Shown here piece after piece: positions 17,801-24,000 of a DNA stretch of 24,000 nt; the first letter of the stretch is position 1; every line of letters starts with the position of its first letter. This DNA is from Actinomycetota bacterium (lineage in GTDB: Bacteria > Actinomycetota > Humimicrobiia > Humimicrobiales > Humimicrobiaceae). The notes under the pieces were generated by a model. It ran no database searches. It was not told the origin of the DNA and saw only the letters and a program-made list of their open reading frames with translations. The DNA lies in contig JABMRD010000172.1 of the NCBI GenBank assembly GCA_013202875.1, forward strand, positions 3,417-27,416, read 5' to 3'. The position numbers were made by a program, and so were the translations under genes.

Positions 17801-18832
17801 ATGATAAAGAAAATAGGTGTTTTATCTGGTGGAGGAGACTCTCCAGCAATAAATGCAGCTATAAGAGCAATTTATCTAAAGGCATCACAATATGGATATA
17901 AAGTAATCGGGATTAAAAATGGATGGGAGGGCCTGGTTAAAGGCAATATAGTAGAACTGGACAGGGAATCAGTTTCAGGGATACTGGGAGAAGGCGGTAC
18001 CATAATTGGAACATCAAGGACCAATCCTTTCAAGATAGAAAATGGAGTTGAAAAGGTTAAAGAGAATATAAAAAAGTTTGAGCTGGATGCCATAATAACT
18101 ATTGGCGGAGATGACACTAATGGCGTTATAACCAGGTTGACACAGTATGGAATAAAAGGTGTTGGTGTTCCTCAGACCGTAGATAATGATATTGCCCATT
18201 CTGATTATGCTATAGGTAGTGACTCTGCGCTGGAAGTTGTAACGGATTGCCTTGATAAGCTTCACACTACAGCATCTTCACATAGTAGAATAATGATAGT
18301 GGAAATTATGGGAAGAGACGCAGGCTGGCTTGCCTTAAGTGGAGGGATTGCCGGTGGAGCCGATGTTATTTTAATTCCTGAGGTTGCTTTTGACTATGAT
18401 GAAATTGTAAATGTTATAGAAAAGAGAAGGGAAAGAGGCAAGGACTTTACTATAATCGCAGTTGCTGAAGGAGCAAAGCCTGCTGAAGGAGAAGAGCAGG
18501 TAACAGCTTCTTGTGCAATTGATAGTTTTGGCCATGTACAGCTTGGCGGGATAGGTAATGTTATTGCCAGGGAAATTGAGAAAAGAACAGGTTATGGAAC
18601 CAGAGTAGTCATACTTGGCCACTTGCAAAGAGGCGGAAGACCGTCCGCTTTTGATAGGATTGTTGCCACCAGGCTGGGAGCAAAAGCTGTAGAGTTGGTC
18701 CATGAAGGACAATTTGGCCAGATGGCAGTTATGGAAAATGGTGCAATAACATCAGTTCCTCTGGAGAAGGCTATAAAAGAAGAGAAGCCAATGGATCAGG
18801 AACTTTATGAATTATCCAAACTCTTACATTAA
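17801..18832 (+). CDS. pfkA: 6-phosphofructokinase (PfkA family; phosphoryl donor uncertain, ATP or PPi)
   Basis: 343-aa ORF with GVLSGGGDSPAINAAIRA, TIGGDDTNG, VPQTVDNDI, MGRDAGWLAL and LGHLQRGG. Confidence 0.88.
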   Translation: MIKKIGVLSGGGDSPAINAAIRAIYLKASQYGYKVIGIKNGWEGLVKGNIVELDRESVSGILGEGGTIIGTSRTNPFKIENGVEKVKENIKKFELDAIITIGGDDTNGVITRLTQYGIKGVGVPQTVDNDIAHSDYAIGSDSALEVVTDCLDKLHTTASSHSRIMIVEIMGRDAGWLALSGGIAGGADVILIPEVAFDYDEIVNVIEKRRERGKDFTIIAVAEGAKPAEGEEQVTASCAIDSFGHVQLGGIGNVIAREIEKRTGYGTRVVILGHLQRGGRPSAFDRIVATRLGAKAVELVHEGQFGQMAVMENGAITSVPLEKAIKEEKPMDQELYELSKLLH

Positions 18833-18856
18833 AAAATTTTATGAATGTCTGCCCGG

Positions 18857-19090
18857 TCATAAACTATAAGAGTTTGAGCCTGATTCGTTACAAATCGGGC
18901 AATGAAGCTCGAAGTATATATGCTTTTTTACAAGAGGAGCTAAATGTCCAACTACAGTAATGCCACAATTGATATCAACCATTCTTCTACACTCTGGACA
19001 TTTTGTATTTGGTATCTTGAAATATACCCCGGGATCTTTTCCAACATGACCATATGAGAGGTTGGAATAACTTTGCGTCATACTCAGCAT
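18857..19090 (-). CDS. Small zinc-ribbon protein (CPEC...CPIC), or the C-terminal part of a frameshifted larger gene
   Basis: 77-aa ORF with two CxxC pairs. The same frame stays open upstream to 19225 without a canonical start and overlaps the end of the HEAT ORF. Confidence 0.4.
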   Translation of the reverse strand: MLSMTQSYSNLSYGHVGKDPGVYFKIPNTKCPECRRMVDINCGITVVGHLAPLVKKHIYFELHCPICNESGSNSYSL

Positions 19091-19203
19091 TTTCTCGTAG
19101 GAAACCTCGCATCCACTTATACCAATATCTATAAGTGCCGAATATAGTTCCGGGTATTGCCTGGATACATACCGTATTACTTCCTCAGACTGTCGTGTGG
19201 GTA

Positions 19204-19461
19204 TTAGATCAACCCCAGATGGGGGCTATCGGAAAAATTGAAGCCAATTTTCTCCAGTGCGGTTGCTGCAGCATTGTTATGTGTATCATCCAACACACGC
19301 AAAAGAGGTCCTACTGCTCTCCCGTCTCTTATATTCCCGAGAGCTACTGCTGTTTCCCGTCGGACATCTTTATCCTCATACTTTAAAGTTCTTATCAATC
19401 CTTCAACATCTTTATTTACTCGTATCTTTTCCACATTTGGCTTTTTACCAAATATATCCAT
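19204..19461 (-). CDS. HEAT-repeat (PBS-lyase HEAT-like) protein, short or truncated
   Basis: 85-aa ORF with the HEAT-like pattern VEGLIRTLKYEDKDVRRETAVALGNIRDGRAVGPLLRVLDD. Confidence 0.55.
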   Translation of the reverse strand: MDIFGKKPNVEKIRVNKDVEGLIRTLKYEDKDVRRETAVALGNIRDGRAVGPLLRVLDDTHNNAAATALEKIGFNFSDSPHLGLI

Positions 19462-19558
19462 TTTAACACCTCCAACTTATGCGACTAATTGCGAATAACT
19501 CGTTTTTATACGAATTATTTTCATAAAAATACCAAGACCTTACTCTTATACGAAATAC

Positions 19559-19596
19559 GTATAGAATAATATCAATAGTATAGAATGATATCAATA
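19559..19596. repeat. Tandem 19-bp direct repeat x2 (GTATAGAATAATATCAATA / GTATAGAATGATATCAATA)
   Basis: Copies at 19559-19577 and 19578-19596 differ at one position. TTATACGAA also occurs twice, at 19506-19514 and 19546-19554. The repeat lies in a 400-bp divergent intergenic region. Confidence 0.6.
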
Positions 19597-19865
19597 CTTG
19601 GGACTCCTATATTTTAACAAAATCAGTAAATTAATCAATTATCCAAATTGGAAAGGAAGCATCTAAAAATATCAAATATAATGAATACGCGCTGATATTT
19701 TTATGGTATAATAATAACAATAGTAAGGTTATTGTTAGATAATGTGTTAATAAGATAAGTCTGAATTTTTTTTGGCTAACCTTGAAAATTAAAATCAGCA
19801 TTTTTATGCATTATTTATACTATTTTTGTTTAAAGATGATTTTTAATAAGTGAAAGGAAAACAAG

Positions 19866-20213
19866 GTGAATAAAAGACTATATGTAGGCAATCTGGAGTA
19901 CTCTACTACAGATAAAGAACTGGAGGAACTATTCTCCAGTGAAGGTAGTGTAACTTATGCAAAAGTAATTAGAAGTCTGGATGGTCGATCGAAAGGCTTC
20001 GGGTTTGTGGAAATGGGAACTGAGGAAGAAGCAACAAAAGCTATAGAAAAGTTTAACCAGGGTGATTTTAAAGACAGGAAACTTTTAGTAAATGAAGCAA
20101 GACCTCAGGAAAATAGAAGTTTTAGTGGAAATACAAGAAGCGGTAATTACCGGAATGCACCCAAAGATGATCTTAATTATAAGTTAAGAAAATTAAGAAA
20201 AAGATTTAGATAG
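19866..20213 (+). CDS. RRM-domain RNA-binding protein
   Basis: 115-aa ORF with a GTG start. It has RNP-2 (LYVGNL) and RNP-1 (KGFGFVEM) and a basic C-terminal tail. Confidence 0.85.
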   Translation: MNKRLYVGNLEYSTTDKELEELFSSEGSVTYAKVIRSLDGRSKGFGFVEMGTEEEATKAIEKFNQGDFKDRKLLVNEARPQENRSFSGNTRSGNYRNAPKDDLNYKLRKLRKRFR

Positions 20214-20515
20214 TTTTCTTAGAATTCTCAGTTATGGTAAGATTTTGCAAGCAATTTTATCCACAATCCTGAATTCGAGAGCCTTTGTAATTTTTTGGGT
20301 TTATACATTATCTAAGTTATGTAACTAAATTATAAATTCATAAGCTGATTATTTTAATTACCTTTAAATTTTAAGGGTTATTTTATTTAAATATGTTTTT
20401 TAAAATTATTATATTAATTTTTACCGGTAAAAAATCAAAAAGTTTAGATTATCTATAAGGATTAGGGTGATTAAAGATTAAAAGAGGATTAGAGTTTAAA
20501 TTAGAAGAAGTAAAG

Positions 20516-21577
20516 ATGCTGATCAGTAAAGGTAAAGTAGACGGTCTGCTTACCACGGAAGAAATTACTGAAACCCTTTCAGATATAGAGCTGACCAGTG
20601 ACCAGATTGAAAATATTTATGACGTTATTCAGAATCTGGGAATAGAGATTGTAAGTGAAGAAGATGAGGATATTGATACCAAAGTTCAAAATGTAAAAAC
20701 AGATAAGGGTCTATTAAAAAGGAAACCGGATCTTACTATAAAGTATCCTACTAATGACCCGGTAAGAATGTATCTTAAAGAGATCGGTAAAATAAGACTA
20801 CTTACCGCTTTTGAAGAAGTGCAACTTGCAAAGAGAATTGAAGCTGGAGATCCTATATCAAAAAAATTGCTGGTAAAGGCGAATCTGAGATTGGTGGTAA
20901 GCATTGCCAAAAAGTATATTGGAAGGGGTCTGCTTTTTTTAGACCTTATACAGGAGGGTAATCTTGGACTGATAAGAGCGGTAGAGAAATTTGATTACAG
21001 GAGAGGTTTTAAATTTTCTACATACGCAACCTGGTGGATAAGACAGGCTATTACAAGAGCTATGGCTGATCAGGCTAGAACTATCAGAATCCCGGTCCAT
21101 ATGATAGAGAACATTAATAAATTGATAAGGGTTCAAAGGCAGCTGCTTCAAGAACTTGGTAGAGATCCTTCACCTGAAGAGATTTCAGAGAAAATGGATT
21201 TTACCCCTAATAAGGTAAGAGAAATAATTAAAATAAGCCAGCACCCTATTTCATTTGAAACTCCAATAGGTGAAGAAGGTGACAGTCACCTTGGTGATTT
21301 TATAGAGGATTCGGAAGTAGAAGCACCTTCAGATGCTGCATCTTTCAAGATGCTTCAAAACAAGTTAAAAGAGACACTTAATACATTAGATTATAGGGAA
21401 AGAAAAATTATAGAGCTTAGGTTCGGTATAAATGATGGCCAGCCAAAGACACTAGAAGAAGTTGGAAGGGAATTTGGTGTTACGAGAGAAAGAATTAGAC
21501 AAATAGAATTTAAAACTCTAAATAAATTACGAAGCCCAAATAGAAGCAAAGCTTTAAGAGATTTTCTGGAAAGGTAA
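20516..21577 (+). CDS. sigA: Primary (housekeeping) sigma-70 factor SigA/RpoD
   Basis: Region 1.2 ([11 protein letters not shown]), region 2 ([48 protein letters not shown]), region 3, and region 4 ([19 protein letters not shown]). The coordinate uses ATG 20516. An ATT at 20477 behind GGGTGA may be the real start. Confidence 0.92.
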   Translation: MLISKGKVDGLLTTEEITETLSDIELTSDQIENIYDVIQNLGIEIVSEEDEDIDTKVQNVKTDKGLLKRKPDLTIKYPTNDPVRMYLKEIGKIRLLTAFEEVQLAKRIEAGDPISKKLLVKANLRLVVSIAKKYIGRGLLFLDLIQEGNLGLIRAVEKFDYRRGFKFSTYATWWIRQAITRAMADQARTIRIPVHMIENINKLIRVQRQLLQELGRDPSPEEISEKMDFTPNKVREIIKISQHPISFETPIGEEGDSHLGDFIEDSEVEAPSDAASFKMLQNKLKETLNTLDYRERKIIELRFGINDGQPKTLEEVGREFGVTRERIRQIEFKTLNKLRSPNRSKALRDFLER

Positions 21578-21724
21578 TTTGTGGCTTATTTATTCAATAT
21601 ATTAAGGTACTTATGATGTAGTTGTTTTAAATAATAAAGCAAATGGTGCGCCAGCAAGAGCTTCTAAAGTTTAAATTGTCATTAATCATTTTTATTGTAT
21701 TCTATCTCCGCAGGAGGGATAGTA

Positions 21725-22618
21725 GTGCCTTATAAAATAATAGGTATTGGAGAAATATTGTGGGATGTCTTTCCACATGTCAGAAAGCTAGGAGGAGCTC
21801 CGGCTAATTTTGCCTATTTTGTTAAAAAATTAGGACAGGATGGATTAGTTGCCAGTAAAGTCGGCGATGATTTCCCGGGAAAAGAGATTATGGATTCTTT
21901 ATTTAAGCTTGGTTTAGCCGGGGATTTTATACAAATTGATTCCGAACATCCGACCGGAACGGTTGATGTAAAAATAGATGATAATGGACAACCGGATTAT
22001 ATTATAAATAAAAATGTTGCCTGGGACTTTTTAGAATTTAGTGATAGATGGAAAAAGCTTGCCAGAGAAGCCGATGTTATATGTTTTGGTACGCTGGCAC
22101 AAAGGTCTTTAAAGTCCCGCAGGACTATTATAGATTTTTTAAAAATGGCACGGAGCAGTACTATTAAGGTATTTGATATAAACTTGCGGCAAAACTTCTA
22201 TTCCCTTAAAACAATTATCAGGTCACTGGAGCTTGCAACAATATTAAAATTAAATACAGAAGAACTTGTAATACTGAAAAATTTAATGGGTTACTCCAGT
22301 AAAAAAAATGATATTAATTTTTGCAGGAGGCTCATGAATGAACATGGTATAAAGCTGGTATGCCTTACCAGGGGAGAAGATGGAAGCCTTCTTATGGATG
22401 AAGGTGATTACTACGATCACTCTGGTTACAAGATTTCTGTTGCTGATACAGTAGGTGCAGGAGATGCTTTTACAGCAGCAGTGGTAATTAAATATCTTGA
22501 TGGCAGGACACTTGAAGAAATGAGCAATTCAGCTAACAGATTAGGATCATGGGTATCCTCACAAATTGGACCAACTCCGGTACTGGATGAAGAGATAAAA
22601 GAACTTTTTTATAAATAA
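21725..22618 (+). CDS. PfkB-family carbohydrate kinase (fructokinase-like)
   Basis: N-terminal IIGIGEILWDVFP...KLGGAPANFAYF and C-terminal anion-hole motif GAGDAFTAAV. GTG 21725 lies 6 nt after AGGAGGG and is preferred over the TTG 21695 of the ORF track. Confidence 0.8.
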   Translation: MPYKIIGIGEILWDVFPHVRKLGGAPANFAYFVKKLGQDGLVASKVGDDFPGKEIMDSLFKLGLAGDFIQIDSEHPTGTVDVKIDDNGQPDYIINKNVAWDFLEFSDRWKKLAREADVICFGTLAQRSLKSRRTIIDFLKMARSSTIKVFDINLRQNFYSLKTIIRSLELATILKLNTEELVILKNLMGYSSKKNDINFCRRLMNEHGIKLVCLTRGEDGSLLMDEGDYYDHSGYKISVADTVGAGDAFTAAVVIKYLDGRTLEEMSNSANRLGSWVSSQIGPTPVLDEEIKELFYK

Positions 22619-22639
22619 AACTGGATATATCCCAATTAA

Positions 22640-23431
22640 TTAAGCCTTCATCTTCCATCTGGTAAGGATATTTTCTCTGTTAAAAATCTTTATTGCAAGC
22701 CTTAAAACCAGTGGGCATATTACAAGCAGAATCAGGCAACCTATAAGCAGGTAAGTAATATTTAGAAGAAAAAACCCTGCCAGCTGTAGGCCAATAACCA
22801 GATAGATAGGCAATATTATTACTGAACCTATTCCCTGAGCGGCCCTTATATCGGTAGATTTTGATGAAACTATGATACTGGCCATGGTGAGAATAAAGGA
22901 CAGTATGGGGCTAAGAAGGAAAGCTACAATAACCCATTCCACAGTGGGGAGAGGAGCATAACCCAGTTTAATGAAAGCTGCTGTATCAACCACTATGATA
23001 AGTATAATGAAATTAATGGTGGAAATAACGAAAGCCGGTACCATAGCAGTAAGTGATTTTCCAAGCAGCAGTTCGGATGTTTTTATTGGTGTAGCCAGGA
23101 GCGGCTCGAGGGTGTTATTCTCCTTTTCCATAATTACCGAGGAGGGGGCAATAAGACTGGGGACCATAGCCGGAAGTATAAGCAGGAAAATAAGTAATTG
23201 TTTTAAGGCAAATCCTATAAGTACCTTAAGCGGATCGCCAACCTGGCCAAACATTTTATTTATAAAATTTATAGTATCCTCATCCTTAAGTATAGAACCA
23301 CTTCCAAGAATAAGCACAAGCGGCATAACAATTGAAAATATGGCAGTGATTATAAGGATTGGCATCCATATATTCTTATTCCTTATAACTTCTTTAATCT
23401 CTTTTTTAAAAATTACTGCAGCGTTTTTCAT
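22640..23431 (-). CDS. ABC-2 type transporter permease
   Basis: 263-aa polytopic membrane ORF. Its ATG overlaps the stop of the upstream ABC ATPase gene (ATGA overlap at 23428-23431). Confidence 0.75.
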   Translation of the reverse strand: MKNAAVIFKKEIKEVIRNKNIWMPILIITAIFSIVMPLVLILGSGSILKDEDTINFINKMFGQVGDPLKVLIGFALKQLLIFLLILPAMVPSLIAPSSVIMEKENNTLEPLLATPIKTSELLLGKSLTAMVPAFVISTINFIILIIVVDTAAFIKLGYAPLPTVEWVIVAFLLSPILSFILTMASIIVSSKSTDIRAAQGIGSVIILPIYLVIGLQLAGFFLLNITYLLIGCLILLVICPLVLRLAIKIFNRENILTRWKMKA

Positions 23432-24000
23432 TTTGCCTCTTTATCTTTTATTAAATCAAGATATATCTCCTCTAAGGTTGCCTTTATTTCGTTAAAATAA
23501 AGGACCCCGGCACCGCTATCAACCAGTTTTTTAATAATTATGGGATTTGAAATTTCAGGTTTTCCAATTACTAAAGTTGCCTTGTTTTTATCTGTCTGGA
23601 TATTTTTTATTTCATCAATTTCTTCCATCAATTTAATATATCTATCTGCATCATCTGTAAATACAATTTCAACCCTTTTATTTTTATCATCACTTTGAAG
23701 TTCTGAAAGTGTAGCAATCCTTATAATCTTTCTTTTTATTATGCATACTCTGTCAGACAGATTAGATGCTTCCTCAAGATTGTGGGTGCAGAGGAAAACA
23801 GTAGTTTTTTCTTTCTTCAGGCTCTCAATGAAATTTCTTACCATATGGGCACTTTCCGGATCAAGCCCTGCAGTTGGTTCATCTAAAAATAATATCTTTG
23901 GTTTATGTATCAGCGCGCGGGATAGTGCCAGTTTTTGCTTCATACCCTTTGAATAAGTACCAGCCAGGTCATCTTTTCTGTCCCAGAGATCGAACATCTT
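23428..24000 (-). CDS. ABC transporter ATP-binding protein (partial; N-terminus beyond window end)
   Basis: Signature-like YSKGMKQKLALSRAL, Walker B ILFLDEPTAGLD and H-loop LCTHNL are present. Walker A would lie beyond 24000. Confidence 0.85.
   Translation of the reverse strand, partial: KMFDLWDRKDDLAGTYSKGMKQKLALSRALIHKPKILFLDEPTAGLDPESAHMVRNFIESLKKEKTTVFLCTHNLEEASNLSDRVCIIKRKIIRIATLSELQSDDKNKRVEIVFTDDADRYIKLMEEIDEIKNIQTDKNKATLVIGKPEISNPIIIKKLVDSGAGVLYFNEIKATLEEIYLDLIKDKEAK

Noticed and set aside
19135-19498. Three plus-strand ORFs (19135-19386, 19238-19498, 19257-19466).
   Set aside because: They are mutually overlapping shadows of the minus-strand HEAT-repeat ORF, which has a recognisable repeat signature.
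19559-19596. Possible CRISPR array.
   Set aside because: There are only two directly abutting 19-bp copies with no spacers, and no cas genes in the window.
20214-20300. Two GAATTC-containing segments (near 20223 and 20268) as a possible stem.
   Set aside because: Only the 6-bp self-palindromic EcoRI site matches, and the flanks do not pair.
20418-20433. 16-bp perfect palindrome TTTTTACCGGTAAAAA upstream of sigA.
   Set aside because: It is mostly a T5/A5 run around ACCGGT. Such dyads are expected by chance in AT-rich spacers, and it has no second copy or obvious promoter relationship.

Overview
AT-rich bacterial chromosomal window, mostly housekeeping and central-metabolism genes. In order: folD; a minus-strand cluster (BlaI-family repressor, sensor-less BlaR1/M56 membrane peptidase, a 15-codon Gly-rich/Cys mini-ORF, a radical-SAM/SPASM maturase-like enzyme); a corrinoid methyl-transfer module (RACo-type reductive activator, orphan solute-binding lipoprotein, AcsE/MeTr-type methyl-THF methyltransferase); a tandem-rhodanese lipoprotein; ligA; a CPBP protease; gatC-gatA-[insertion]-gatB; a phosphofructokinase; HEAT-repeat and zinc-ribbon ORFs; an RRM RNA-binding protein; sigA; a PfkB sugar kinase; and an ABC-2 exporter pair whose ATPase is cut by the window end. 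The main finding is the gatA-gatB spacer. It is about 1.6 kb and holds a complete IscB-type (OMEGA) RNA-guided nuclease with PLMP, split RuvC, RRXRR bridge helix and HNH, and no REC lobe. About 330 nt of structured-looking sequence precedes it and is the expected position of its omega (HEARO-type) guide RNA. The element is co-oriented with gatCAB, lacks tnpA, and its ORF runs 17 nt into gatB. Secondary observations: a possible RiPP-like precursor/maturase pair, two housekeeping genes whose homology extends upstream to AUA/AUU codons behind strong SD sequences, a decayed paralog fragment of the solute-binding gene, and a homopolymer frameshift splitting a HEAT/zinc-ribbon gene. I found no rRNA, tRNA, CRISPR array, cas1/cas2 or tnpA by eye. 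All calls rest on hand reading of motifs; no database search or RNA folding was run.
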